From assembly GCA_951406725.2 (NCBI GenBank), contig OX597824.1, positions 35,154,001 to 35,218,000 of the forward strand: a stretch of DNA of 64,000 nt, given 5' to 3'. Origin of the DNA: Octopus vulgaris. Its lineage: Eukaryota. The translations under genes and the position numbers were made by a program. Positions within the stretch are counted from its first letter, which is position 1. Each line of letters starts with the position of its first letter. Positions 1 to 13,635 of this stretch are shown here, in pieces. The notes beneath the pieces are model-generated. The model was not told where the DNA came from. It worked only from the letters and a program-made list of their open reading frames with translations, and did no database searches.

Positions 1-1336
1 CTTCTTTCGTCCTGTCAACTGTTTCATCAGTATTGTTTTGCTGCTCAGCACTGTCAGTCATCTCATACTCCCCACTCCCCATTGTGCTCTGATCCAATCC
101 CACCCTCTCTTCTAAAATGTGAGTTGTCATGTAGCTCTTTTATAGCAAGAAACCTATTCTACTCCGGTTCCTTCTCTCATGCTCTTACCTATCTTTTCTG
201 TCTCATCTCCTAGCATAAAGCCCACACCCCTTGGGGTTCATAGCCCTGCAAACTGCTTGACAGCCTCACTAATGCTGGTGACATGAAAAAAGTACCTAGT
301 ACACACTGCAAGTGGTTGACATTAGGAAGAGCTTCCAGCTACAGGAACCATGGCAAAGCAAATACTGTAATATGATGTAGTCCATGCATCAACTCCTGTC
401 CAACTGTCCAACCCATGCCAGCATGGAACATGGACATTAAATGATGAGGATAATATAATGTGTGTGTGATGATGATAATATATACACACAGAGTGACTGA
501 TGAAGGCAAAAAAGCAAACATAAACTTCAAAGTCACTGTCAACTTTTCCTCATATATATATATAAATATATATATACACACACATATACACATTATGCTT
601 TTTTAGCACAGTATATACATAAGTGATGTTATTTCAGGACAAATACTTCAGTAACTGGCCTACTGACAGTGTGTATATATTAAGTATGATACACAGGTGG
701 GTATATGTGTACATATTTGTATACACACATATATACATACATATGTATACTTACATACACAAATATATTTATACATCTATATATGTATACATAAATGTCT
801 ATCTATCTGTATATATAGATATATATACTTCAATAATATATATACACACACATAATCATACATGTGTGTGCATGTGTGGGAGGTCAGATCATTCTTAAAG
901 CTACTTGTAACATGTAACCCAGTACATGGTGTTTCATGGTTGGACCATTGGCAACTAAACTGGCAACCCTACCAAGCTTGCTTGGTAAGGAGGATGGTTT
1001 GCATTGGACACCCAGCAGGATGTAAAACAACACTTGTCAAAGAACAGATGATCTCAGTAAAGTCAATGGCCATCCAACAAATGGAAATTCCATTATAACA
1101 ACTGCCGCATTGGGAAGCCGGTGATTTTGCATTTTTTTGTATCTGGAATACTTGCTATGGAGGTGAGAATCTTAGTGGTGTTGTGCAGAGATGATATTGA
1201 TGATATAGGCATTACTGTCAGCCATTGTCTTTAACATCTGGGATAAGATAATTTCTCAGTGATGGTCATACTCATTTACAAGTCAGCAACTACCATGCAC
1301 GCATGTGCATGTCTGTGTATCTGCATGTATGTTTTG

Positions 1337-1522
<186 letters not shown>

Positions 1523-1657
1523 TTCTGCTTTGTAAGGGTAATAATACCCAGTTTTTCTGCTGCTCTAATGGTGATACTGCATTCAAAATATCATTTTGTC
1601 TGTACCGTAAACTACACATGGTTGTTATACATATATACACATACATACATGGACATA

Positions 1658-1789
1658 TTTATTGAAGTTGAAAAGACTTGACAAACTGTTACTCAGAGTT
1701 TCATGTAACTGATCACCAGACAGGCATCTGATAATCGGTTAATTGAAAGTCTAGGTAACAGCTTCTCAAGTCTTTTCAGCTTCAATAAA
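1658..1789. repeat. Decayed hairpin with head-to-head hammerhead-like cores
   Basis: TTTATTGAAGTTGAAAAGACTTGACAAACTGTTAC pairs with GTAACAGCTTCTCAAGTCTTTTCAGCTTCAATAAA. The centre has CTGATAATCGGTTAATTGAAA (+) and CTGGTGATCAGTTACATGAAAC (-). Confidence 0.65.
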
Positions 1790-2950
1790 ACCCAATATGG
1801 ATTTATTGATTGCCTGATGTCAATGAGGATGCCATTGTCAAACAACAGGTTTGTTACCCCAAAAAGTGTTTACACTTCATTTCTGTGTTCTTCTGAAGTT
1901 GAAGAACTAGCATTTTAGCTTTTGCTAAAGGAGCTTGTCTATATTCTTTGTGCTGAGGAACTCATCATACTTGGTGACTTCAATGCTAGAGATGTCAAGA
2001 ATTACCAAACCTTGGGTGTAACTGGAAAGCATGGTGTTAGAAGTCGGATTTCTGCATAACAAACACCATGTTCCAGCAGAAATCTAAAAGCAAAATAACC
2101 TGAAAGCATCCAGGTTTGAAACAGTCGTACATGATTTTCTTCTTGTTTGTTAGGTGTGATGTGTGTAGTGTCCACATTATGTGGGAGGCTGAATTCTCAA
2201 TGGACCGATGTTTTGCTGGAGCAAAGATGAACTTTGTTAAGAAAATCAAAGCAAGAGCCAATGGTGTGACCACTCCAAAGAAATTGTGTCTCATCTGAAC
2301 GAAGATGCTAATAAGGAAGAATTGGTGAAGAGAATGGATGACATTGTATTCAAAGACTTATGGGAAGAGTTCAAAACATCTGTGTCTCGCATTTGCAAAG
2401 ATGATCTGCATTTAGTGGAAAGAAAACATCAAGACTGGTTTAACGAAAATGAAGTTCAAATATTATTAAATGAAAAGAATGTTGTGCATACAAGAGTTGG
2501 TGGAGAACCAGAAATACATAAGAATTGAAAGCTTGAACAGTGAGATGAAGTGTAAGGTACAAAATAGGCTTCATGACATGCAAGATACTTGGGTGAGAAT
2601 AAAGCAGATAAAATCCAATTGGCATATGATCCCAATAAAACAAAGCTTCTGTGTAACTTGTGGGTGGCAGAGAATTTATCAGAGATCTTAAAGATATTCT
2701 TATCAAGTAGCAAGAACATTTTAACTAACTTTTAAATAGGCCTTCTCTGGTTGATGGCAAGTTTGTTGGTTTGATTCTTTGATGCCCACAAAAGAACATA
2801 TGGCAGAAACTTCCCTAGAAGAAGGTGAAAATGCAGTAAAGAAGTTAAATAATATTAAGCTGCCTGGGATGGATGGTCTCTGTATTGAGATGTTGAAATG
2901 TAGAAGTGAAGATCTACTCCATCATTTAACTACCTTAATGCAAAAAGTTT
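1790..2950 (+). mobile_element. Decayed RTE-clade LINE fragment (APE endonuclease to start of RT)
   Basis: IILGDFNAR at about 1964, KHQDWFNEN and KLPGMDG at about 2857. Many stops. Confidence 0.7.
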
Positions 2951-3039
2951 GACAGATCAAGAAGAAGAAGACTTCTATGATATCCTTCTGCAGGTCATGT
3001 CCAAAATGAATAACAGTAACTTCATCATCATGGCTGATG

Positions 3040-5330
3040 ATTTTAAAGGTGAAGTTGGACAACATCATAAAGACTTTGTTAGCATTCATGGAGTGCTGTG
3101 ATGCAAATGGCCTTACCATTTGCAGCACCAACTTCAAAAAAATGTTCTAGTCACCTGATCATCTGACATTCAGGTAAACACAGTAGACAGACTTCATACT
3201 AGCTAGAAAAATAGTCAGCTGGTTGTGAATGCTAAGTTTATCCCTGGCAGAGAAGGTACTACACAACATAAAATACTGGTTAGTTACTTCAGACAAGAGT
3301 TACAAGGTCACGGAGACAGAGGGCAACCTGAATTGGGAAGAGGACACAGAAAACAACCAGCAACAGGTTAAGAGACAAATTATTTAAAATAGAGGAGGAG
3401 AAAATAATAATGTAGAGGGACAACTAGAAGGTTCTGCTGGATAACATACTAAATGTGACAGACCAAATTGTGGCTGAACAAGGTCTCAGCCAAAAAGGTG
3501 ACATAATAGTGGAACAGCCCCACAGACATGGCCATAAAAGCTAAGAGACAACAATACCCAGCTGCAAGAACAGAAGCAAGATATCAGGTATATCTAGCAA
3601 GGGAAGAAGGCCAGAGTATTGCTAATGTTCTAAGATATGACAATTAGAAACACGAAGTATTCTGGATTGCAAGGCAGTGTGTGAGAGAAAATCAAGGCAT
3701 CATTAGGGAAAAGAATGTATGGAATGATAATGGTACCCTTGCTCTTACTGAGAATGTAAAGAAAGAAATGTAACAGTGCTATTATGAGAGGTTGCTGAAC
3801 AAGGAGAATACATGAGAGAAGAAGGGCCCACAGCCAAGTAGACCCAACAGAGGGAGCAGCCATCGAAGTTGACAGCCATGTAGCAAATAAAGCGATTAAG
3901 GACAAGAAGGCAAGGAAAGCTACTGTTCTATCACCACAGAGATGTTTAAAATATCCAGTAGATATGCCAAGTGACTGGTGGTGCAGCATGATCACCAACT
4001 TCTACAAGAGCAAAGGTAGTGTACTAGAGAGAAGTATAGGGGCATTAAACTAACGGACCATGTTATGAAGGTTAAAGAGAGAATTGTAGCACAACTGAAT
4101 AGAAAAAGAATCAACACAGATGCAATGCAGTTGGTTTTTATACCTGAAAGAAGAATTACTGAAGCAATCTTTCTCGTGAGACAGCTGCAAGTGAAGTATC
4201 TAGGCAGAAATAATCCCCTCTACCTGGCATTTGTTGATCTAGAGAAAACCTTCAATAGGGTTCCCTGCTCTGTGATCTGGTGGTTAATGAAGTTAAGAGT
4301 AGACAAATGGCTTGTGGGAGCTGTACAAGTTATGTATAGAGGCCAGTCTATAAAGAGAGAGTTAGTGATGAATTCAGTGGGAGAGCAGAGGTGCACCAGG
4401 GCTCAGTCCTCAGCTCACTTCTATTCATTATAGTCCTTCAAGCCCTGGTAAAGGCATTCAAGACTAGCAAGGAGCTTTTGTATGTTGATGACCTTGCTTT
4501 TATAGCAAGGTCTCTAGTAGAATTAGAAAAAAAATTTCAGACATGCAAACAAAACTTGGAGCCAAGAGGCTTCAAAATGAAGAAGACAGAACTTTGCTAC
4601 CACAAGAGAAAAGCCATGTTTGATACACAGAAAAGTACTTAAGAATTTTATTCAGAGAACCCAGTGTAAACTATGAATGTACAAGAGGTACAGTGGGATC
4701 ACAGATAGGTCAACAGAGAAGGTAAACTTCATATGTAGCAGGTGTACAGGGGTTGTAAATACTAAGGGCACATATGAAATTGACTCCTTCCAATGCCAAG
4801 ATGGATTTCCAGAAGTAATAAATAGTTTCTGTAAGCTTGGGACTTAATTAACAGTAGGGGTGAGTGTTCAGATAGAGTAGTAACCAAAGCGAGAACTATT
4901 AACTCTGTTAGCAACAAAGATCTTCTACTTCAGAGTGAAGGACAGATTGTATAATGCTTGTGTGCAAAGTGCAATGCTGCATGGTTGTAAGAAGTGGGCT
5001 TTGAATGTAAAGGATTTATATAAACCTAAAAGAAATGAAACAAGTTTGCTCCATTGGATGCGTAATGTCAGGGTGCATGAATATCAGTGCACAAATGAAT
5101 TGGAAGAAAAATGGAACATGAGAAACCAGACAAAGTGTACAAGAGAGAAGATTGTGCTGGTACGGGCACCTGATGTGTACGCCCATTCAAAGTGAAGTGA
5201 GCTTGTAGAAGAGAGAGACTACAGAAGGCTTGGGAGGAAGTGGTGAAGACAGATCTGAAGTTGATGCAGAGTCACATTGATTGGTGATGTGCTGTACATG
5301 AGAAGACATGCCCATGCCGGCTTGGCAAAA
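3040..5330 (+). mobile_element. Decayed RTE/RTE-X LINE (reverse transcriptase and 3' part)
   Basis: YLAFVDLEKTFNRVP, HQGSVLSSLLFIIVLQAL, LLYVDDLA and RLYNACVQSAMLHG in ORFs 4065-4433, 4391-4642 and 4935-5195. Confidence 0.85.
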
Positions 5331-6505
5331 ATGGCTATTAAAATAAAATTGTGCAAATGTATATATATTTATGTGTTTTCTTCTATACATAAATACACCA
5401 CTGCTAAATTACGGGGGAATGTTAAACACAATAACACCAGTTGACAAGTGGTTGTGGAATCAAATACAGACAAGTGTGGTAAAAAGGTTGTTTCTCAACC
5501 ACATGGTTCCAGGTTCAATCCCATTGTGTAGCAACTTGAATAAGAGCCTTCTATTATAGCCTTGAATTGAGTATATTATATGTGTATATATACATATACA
5601 TGTGTATATATAAACATACATGTGTGTGTGTGTGTGTCTGTGTGTGCATGTTTGTGCTTCCATCTTTTGGGAGTGTGCAATACTTGTAAACAAGCATCAC
5701 CACTGTACAAATTTTAAAACATATCTGGCCATTGAAAAATATCAATTTGCTAGGTGACAGGTGAGGGTTTGCAACAGAAAGAACAACCAGCTGCAGAAAA
5801 TCTGCCTCAGACATCTGCAAGCATGGAGAAGTGAATGTAAATTGAGATGATGACAATACAACATGTTACATTCAGCTTCTATTTACCAAATTCCCTCACA
5901 AGGCTTTGGTTGACCTAGGGCTGTAGCAAAAGAAACTAGCACAAGGCATCCGCAATAGAAGTAAACCTAAAACCAAGTAGTTGTCAACTTCTTAACACAA
6001 CTACACCTATGCCTGCATGGACATAAGTTGCCTTGGCTGGTGCAGACCCAGTATATCCATACCTAAAATAAATACACACCCATGAATTTGGTGTATTGCA
6101 GTTAAATTATGCTAAGAAGATGCCGACACCCTTTCATCGATATAAGAATGTTGTTTCACCAATAGCAGCTGCAAGCCAAGCAATTCGGAATATAACTTCC
6201 ACCAAAATGTGCAAATAAATAAATAATCTTTTGTCTGTGACTTGTTTCAGTCATTAGACTGCAGCTATGCTGGGGCACCAAATTGAAGAATCTTTGTACT
6301 TACTTTTATTTTAAGCCTGGTCTCTTTTGCCAAACTGCTAGGTTACAGGGGATGTTAAACACACCAACACCAGTTAACAAGTGGTTGTGGAATCAAATAT
6401 AGACAAGTGTAGTAAAAAGGTTGCTTCTCAACCACATGGTTCAGTACCACTGTGTAGCAACTTGAATAAGGGTCTTCTATTATAGCCTTGAGTTGAGTAT
6501 ACATA

Positions 6506-6982
6506 TCTATATATATAAAACTGTAGTTGTGTGAGTGTCTGTCCCCTTCAATTTAGATTCCTAACTACTCCCACATTTTGCGGTGCAGTTTAACCAAATT
6601 CGGGCATCTTATAGTCGTGATTCATATCGAGCCCGTCTGAGTATTAGCGCGCGTCTACGATGAGTCTACGATTTTTAAAATAATTTAACATTTTAATGCA
6701 TAATTTTTCGTGCGTCCATGGTCACACCTGCACCTGTTTGCTTCTCCCCCTTTTTCCCTCCCTCGTGAAGCTGTGGGGAAGGGAGTGTAAGGAAATCAAT
6801 GTCGTAAAGCGTTTTCAAGGAGACCAGCATTCTTTTAGAACAACGACTTCATGGCTTGAAGACACCAAAACAGAAATGGCTAAGAAAGCCCGAATTGGCA
6901 TCTATAAGAGAAGTAACTCTCTAAAAATGCTTATATAGTTATTTCCCTTACAAACCCGAGCAACGCCGGGCGATACTGCTAG
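6506..6982 (+). mobile_element. Non-autonomous Helitron
   Basis: The 5' end is A|TC(TATATATATAAAA). The 3' end has the hairpin CCCGAGCAACGCCGGG followed 8 nt later by CTAG|T, so the insertion lies between A and T with no TSD. Confidence 0.75.
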
Positions 6983-7030
6983 TATATATATATATATATA
7001 CACACAGAGACATATATACATATACACACG

Positions 7031-7065
<35 letters not shown>

Positions 7066-7238
7066 GTATATATATACACACACGTATATATACATATATA
7101 TATACACACACGTATATATACATATACGTATATATACACACACGTATATATACACATACGTATATATACACATACGTATATATACACATACGTATATATA
7201 CACATACGTATATATACACATACGTATATATACACATG

Positions 7239-7278
<40 letters not shown>

Positions 7279-7300
7279 TGTATATATATACATGTGTGTG
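6983..7300. repeat. Compound (TA)/(CA) tract with an 18-bp minisatellite (TATATATACACATACGTA-like)
   Basis: Direct reading. Confidence 0.9.
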
Positions 7301-8198
7301 TCTTTGTGTCTGTGTTTTTCCCCCTCCACTGCTTCACATCTGGTGTTGGTGTATTTGTGTCCCTGTAACTTAGAGGTTTGCCAAAAGTGACTGATAAAAT
7401 AAGTACCAAGCTTAAAAAAAAAAAGTTCTTGGGTCTATTTATTAACTAAAAACTCTTCAAGGCAATGTCCCGGCATCGCTGCAGTCGAAGACTAAAACAA
7501 GTATAAGATATGACAGGTGTCTTTCAGTTTCTGTCTACCAAATCCACTGACAATGCTTTAGTTGACCTGAGGCTCAAAGTGTCATGTAGTGGAGCTGAAC
7601 CCTGGACCATGTGGTTGGAAGGCAAGCTTCTTACCATACAGCCATGAATGAAATAAACAAGCAAATCTTATCTTTTATTGTTTACTTGATTCAGTCATTG
7701 GACTGTAGCCATGCTGGAACACCATCTTGGAGGGTTTCATCATCACCGTTTTGTGTCCGCTTTCCCTGCTGGCATAGGTTGGACAGTTCAACTGGGGTCT
7801 GGAAAGCCAGAACCCTGCACCAGGCCCAGTTTGATCTGGCAATGTTTCTACGGCTGGATGCCCTTCCTCACAAATTGACTACAGTATTTATTTTATTGAT
7901 CTCTTTTGTCAAACTGCTAAGTTATAAGGATGTAAACAAGACAACACCAGTTGCCAAGTTATGAGGAAGGGGACACACACATACGATGGGCTTCCACATA
8001 GTTTCTGTCAACCAAATTCACTCACAAGGCATTGGTTAACATGGATGTATAGAAGACACTTACCCAAAGTTCTGTGCAGTGGGACTGAACCTAAAACTAT
8101 GTGATTGCAAAGCAAGCTTCTTAAGCACACAACCATCCCTTTAAAACCTAAAATTAAATTTTACTCTGAATAATATAATTTACATAATTAGTCTATAT

Positions 8199-8484
8199 CA
8201 GTGGTTCTCAGCCAGTTTTTACATATGGATCCCTTTGATTACAGTTTAAAAACTAGTTTTATAGATAGATATTCTAAAATTTCTATTTTGTCTTTCACAC
8301 ATTAACTTGTGTAGATTGAACTACATAAAACGCTTGAGAAACAAACCTAGCCGTTTCTTGCAATAAATACATCTAAAGCAAAATTTGCTCACAGATCCTA
8401 TATATACTATTGTTGGTCCCCAATTTAAATATTTTACTTGTGTGGACTTCCAAAATCTTATATGGACTCCAGTAAGGATCACTG
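8199..8484. mobile_element. hAT (Charlie-like) MITE, old
   Basis: Ends are CAGTGGTTCTCA...AGGATCACTG, with a degenerate 8-bp TSD GTCTATAT/GTCTACAA. Confidence 0.55.
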
Positions 8485-9779
8485 GTCTACAAGAATTATT
8501 TTTGTAACTGTATATTTTCCCAATATTTATTGAAGTGTCTGGCAGTACAAAATACTTAAATTTTCTGTTAGAAACTAAAAAAACAGATTGGAAGATCCTA
8601 GACAGAACACTGATGTCTCAAATTAATTCAGGCTAATCTAAGTGTCTGTCCGTTGTGCCTTCTTGTTGATGCTTGTTGCAAATGAAAGGTAAACCGGAAG
8701 CCGAATTGCTTAAATTTGAAAGGTGCATTTTTGAGACCAAAGAAATTCTTGGGATTATATCTTGACCCTTGACACAGCTTGTCAAAATTTTTTTAATTTT
8801 TACATCTGTAACACAGAGAAACATTTTTCACAACAAAGCAAGGACCACTGCACAGTTGAGAAGCAGGTAAATTTCTAAGAAGAATGATGGTGCAAGTGTG
8901 TGTGTGTGTGTTCTTTCTTTCTTGAAGATTAGCTTGTATAGTGGGATTTGAAGAGTTTGATGAATTTGAAACCTCCATGGAATAATTTCACCAATTTAGA
9001 AGGATTTATAACAGAGTCCAAAATTCATCACATTTACACTTTATTGAGGTTAATATAGCTTTTTCATGTCTCTATTATGATAGTTGAATCAGAAATGGAT
9101 ATTTTGGTATTATTCCACTAATAGCTCACTGACAACACGAGCTTGGTTTCCACACTGAAGTGATATTTGTTTTAGTTCATGTCAGTTAGGATTTGATTGC
9201 TGCCAATTCAAAACAATAAACACACGCGCATGCACACACATAACTAAATACATGTAAATATAAACAAACATATATGTACCCATACATACATGTAAGTTCA
9301 TATACATACATGTCTTTGCTTGTGAATACACATACACACACATACATGTCTAAATACATATATACTTGCTCTGACATTTCCTAAATGAAGAATACAAACT
9401 TTTTTTTCTAAGTGCCAAAATCCCAATAATTCTGGAATGAAAATTGGCAGATGAAAAGTGTTTATTGATGTCTGTATTTTGCCCTTTCTGTTAGTTGCCA
9501 TACAAGTCTTTTTAAAATTTTTTTTAAGATACACAATCATACATACACACATATGCATATATAATAGATAAGAGCAAGATATGCTCATTAGTGCTCAAAT
9601 GAATTTCAACTTAAACTCTGAATTCTTCATCTAGGACTAGGTTTCAAGAATGGTTCTAAGTAAAATCCAAGACAAGCTAAGATGACGGTAATGATACAGA
9701 TAAACATAATTAAGCTTGACAAATACATACAAGCTTGTCTTGGATTTCTCATACGCCCACTCTTTTTATAGTTTATGGC

Positions 9780-10172
9780 TGGCAGGATGGCCTGCTGTGC
9801 TTACCTTGGATCATAGGGTGACCTGCTGTGCTTGAGGAGACCTATTGAGTCAAGTACATCAACATCAAAATAAAAATCAAATGGAAATTGTAGTTGTGAT
9901 ACCCGTACCAGTGGCACATAAAAAGCACCATCCGAACATGGCTGATGCCAGCGCCGCCTTGACTGGCGTCCGTGCCCCTCTCGCAACTGTGCCGGTGGCA
10001 TGTAAAAAGCACCCACTACACTCATGGAGTGGTTGGCATTAAGAAGGGCATCCAGCAGTAGAAACACTGCCAGATCAGACTGGAGCCTGGTGCAGCCTCC
10101 TGGCTTCCCAGACCCCGGTCGAATTGTTCAACCCATGCTAGCATGGAAAACGGACGTCAACTGATGATGATG
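9780..10172 (+). mobile_element. 5'-truncated copy of the (GAT)n-tailed RTE 3'UTR/SINE family (other copies near 270-450, 7740-7870, 10180-10260, 10470-10630, 18665-18800 and 23465-23740)
   Basis: GTGGCATGTAAAAAGCACCCACTACAC...AAGGGCATCCAGC...CCCATGCTAGCATGGAAAACGGACG-(GAT)n. Confidence 0.75.
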
Positions 10173-10661
10173 ATATATCATCATCATCATTTAATATCTG
10201 CTTTTCATGCTGGCATGGGTTTGACTGGAATTGATAAGCCAGAGAGCAGCACCAAGACAGATGCACACACACAAATGTGGGTTGCCCCAAAAGATTTTCC
10301 TCATCTGTCTCCCTCTTCTCTCTTTTTCCAACTGGAGTAGCCCTGTAACTCCTCTACTGCAAGACACCTGTTTCTGTCCATGTATCATACTTTAATCTCT
10401 CATCACATGGCACGAAGCCACCGCCTCAATACTACTTCCCCACTTGTCTTGCAAGCTAACTGATGACCTTCCTGGTACTAGTGCCATGTAAAAAGCACTC
10501 TGCAAAGTGGTTAGCATTATGAAGGGCATCCAACTGTAGTCAAGCAGAATTAGGTACAATCTTCTGGCTTGCCAACTCCTTTGAAACTGACCAACCCATG
10601 CCAGCACGGGCATTAAATGATGATGATGATACGTGTGTGTGTATATATACACACACGTATA

Positions 10662-10697
<36 letters not shown>

Positions 10698-11528
10698 TGA
10701 GTATATGCGCTCCTATATATACGCCCACATATAAACAAGCATATATATATATATATATATAGGCATATGTATATGTGAACAATTTGTAATATCTGGATGT
10801 TTTTGTAGGGGGAGAAGCCACAATGTTTAAAGATTTAGATTAATGGTGGATATTCCAGCCTGTATATAATTTAGATGACTAACACTTTGCAGCTCATGAA
10901 CATCATAAATTAAACTGCACCTACTTTAGAAAGTGGTATCTCCACAAGAACAATTCGAAAAATGAAATATTTTTGCCAAAGATTTTTCATCATTGTGAAC
11001 GTAATGCATTTGTTCACTTGTTTTTTGGGTTTTTTTTTTTATTCAGTGAGGGTTGAATTGTTCTGCAAATCTAGTAATTTGAATATATACAAAGGAAACA
11101 GGTGTTAGAATGACCGAAGGAATTTTAGAGGTTTAAATCTTGAAATGTGCTCTTGCTTAGAAGTAAATACCACTGCTACATTGTCATTAGGTGGAGAAAA
11201 ATTGGAAAGACATCCAAATAATATAAGTCATTTCAAGAATTTGCACAAATAATCTTAGCGTAAATATATTTAGTTAATTACTTCTATGTTTTTCATATAA
11301 TTTATATTTAATAACTACTACTACTACTAACGCCATCACAACCACCATCAAAGTATGCAGAAGTTGGTGAAGTCCTGAAGAAGGACGATATTAAAATATA
11401 GCTAATGCACGAATAGGTAGGTACTGTACGAATTTCTTGAAATTAAGACATACAATCAGTAATTATCGTCAGTGTGTACGTGTGGTGCGTGTGCGTGTAC
11501 GTAAGTATATATACGTGCGTGTACGTAC

Positions 11529-11570
<42 letters not shown>

Positions 11571-13147
11571 TGTATTTATGGGCGGGTGTGTGTCTACAAC
11601 ATCTACTTACTAATCAGCAGACAACTATCACTACAATGTGGTGGTGGTTGGTAAATGTTGTGCGCTGCAATCTCCAGGATGAACAAGTCGCTGGCAAATT
11701 CTATTTTGATCATTTTATACACAAGTTGCCGTCATTAACGGCACAATATTACATAATCAACAGATTTTGAAAAAAAAAAAAAAAAAAGAAAAGAAAAACG
11801 ATTGTATATTTTTTTTTTTTTAAATCATAAAATATACTATGTATATGACAGCATCAAGACTGTCCAGGGTCGAGATGAAAGTTTCGAAATTGCGTGACCG
11901 ATGATGATATTAAATTGTGTGTGTGCATATATATAATATATATATGTGTGTGTTTGTATCTATCTATCTATATATATATATATATATATATATAGCACTA
12001 GCACTTCTGAATCATTCATTTTGTAATTTTCTATTTCCTACGTCATAAGTTTCGTATTGTGGGGATAAATTAAGTAGTAGAAATATTTTCTAGCCATAGA
12101 GTTCTACGATGGGGAAAGATGATTATGATGTCCTCTAATGGCACAAGAAGCAAAATAAATCATTCTGAAAGACAATTGACAAGAAAGAGGTCGCTTATTA
12201 TATTAAAATAACACCCAGATTACGAAAGACAAAATGTCTCATTAAACTAACTCGATGCTTGGCATCAGTTTTATACCCTACATTTTTAGAAACGACTACA
12301 GACGTCTTCAGAGACACAAATGGAATTCTGATGCTGCAATGTGAGAGGAACGACCTGTTTATTATTTATTATAAAAACTAAGACAACGACAACGATGATT
12401 TTAATCTTGATATTTTAAAATAATTCAGGAATAACTAAATATTTAAAAATGTGAAGTAACTACACAACAAAGTTGAGATGTGAAGAATTTGGTGAGAGAA
12501 TAGAGAATACGTTGTCTAAATGAGTCGCAATAGCTGAATGACATTTTAGTCAATCTAATAGAACAACTAATAACATTTCATCAGTTTACAACAATCTTGT
12601 AAGAGAAATAATGTTAATGCTAATAAAACAGGAGTTTTTGTAATTAGAGTAATCAAAATAACAGTTAGCTGCTATGAAAAACCAAAAAAAAAAAAATGTA
12701 TATAAATAAATAAAATTGTCTTCAGTTTTGGGCAAGATAATAATCAGTAGTAACATTGCGTGTCAATCCACTATGTTTTAAATATATTTGGGTATATCTA
12801 GCACGTAAATATATATAGTATATAAGCTTTTGGTTATTTCTTCATGTTAGCAAGGATAAAACAAAATGGAAAAGGCATTTATCCATCGTCAGATTCTGAG
12901 AAACATTATGGAATCGGATATATAAACAAAAGAAACCTTTCATAAAAATATTGCCATTCCATAGATGTACAACCGTTTAATGTGACACTTGACACAAAAC
13001 ATTTTAAAACATAACAATTAGATTGAATTATGAATTGCCAGTCTTCCTGGTTAGGTTTAATAAGATTTCCACCGTGATGTATCGTCGTCAATGATAAACG
13101 TTATTTTTTTTTTTTTTTTTTTAAGTGAGAAACTGAACAAGACTAAC

Positions 13148-13246
13148 CTTATAAACATCACCGTACGTTCCACTTCCGACGCGCTGAATAAGTTCGAAAT
13201 CTTCTTGAGGATTTCTTCTTAATATTTCAACAGGAGCTGCACACAT
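13148..13246 (-). CDS. MAP4K3: First coding exon of a GCK-I family Ste20 kinase (MAP4K3/MAP4K5/happyhour-like); remaining exons not found, probably left of the window
   Basis: The reverse complement reads ATG TGT GCA...TAT AAG|gttagt = [33 protein letters not shown] (33 codons, 99 nt), followed by a GT donor. [23 protein letters not shown] matches the N-terminus and glycine-rich loop of MAP4K3/5 kinases. It is too short for the supplied ORF track. The MAP4K3 vs MAP4K5 naming is not resolvable in an invertebrate. Confidence 0.88.
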
Positions 13247-13384
13247 TGCTAAAACTGTAATATCCAAATATAATTAATCTGCTATCAATCACGTAATTGT
13301 TTTTCTTTCATATTTCTCTGTTTAGGTTTCACGACACAAGAAGACATTCTGGAACCTAAAAATTACCACTGGAACCTGTCAACC

Positions 13385-13635
13385 ACAATTTCCGGACATG
13401 CGCATCATAGCAAAGACAGATTTCTTTAATGAATGTTTCAAACAAAAACTGTAATAATTAATATTGTAGTTTGTGTAAAATATAATATTTCTGCGTTTAA
13501 TTAATAAATATTATCCATCAGCAGCAGTAGTCTCATTATCTAGGCAACATCAGTTGTTCTGTGGAATAATGAGGAATAATTCTGGATTAACAAGAAATAG
13601 GGGCAGATAATTCAGTATTTACCGGAAGTGGTAGG
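13385..13635. promoter_or_regulatory. Probable core promoter of the kinase gene, possibly bidirectional
   Basis: The minus strand has ATGCGCATGTCCGGAAAT (NRF1-like plus ETS-like) about 150 nt upstream of the ATG. The plus strand has the ETS site CCGGAAGT at about 13622-13629. The region is repeat-poor and retains CpG. Confidence 0.5.

Noticed and set aside
9186-9215. ELAAIK on the minus strand, resembling kinase exon 2 (GELAAIKVIK)
   Set aside because: It is followed by S and a stop, is preceded by microsatellite-like sequence with no suitable acceptor, and lacks the AR..G context. Likely chance.
9661-9748. Short inverted repeat AAATCCAAGACAAGCT / AGCTTGTCTTGGATTT
   Set aside because: Only 16-bp arms, with no TSD or second copy. 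Too little to classify.
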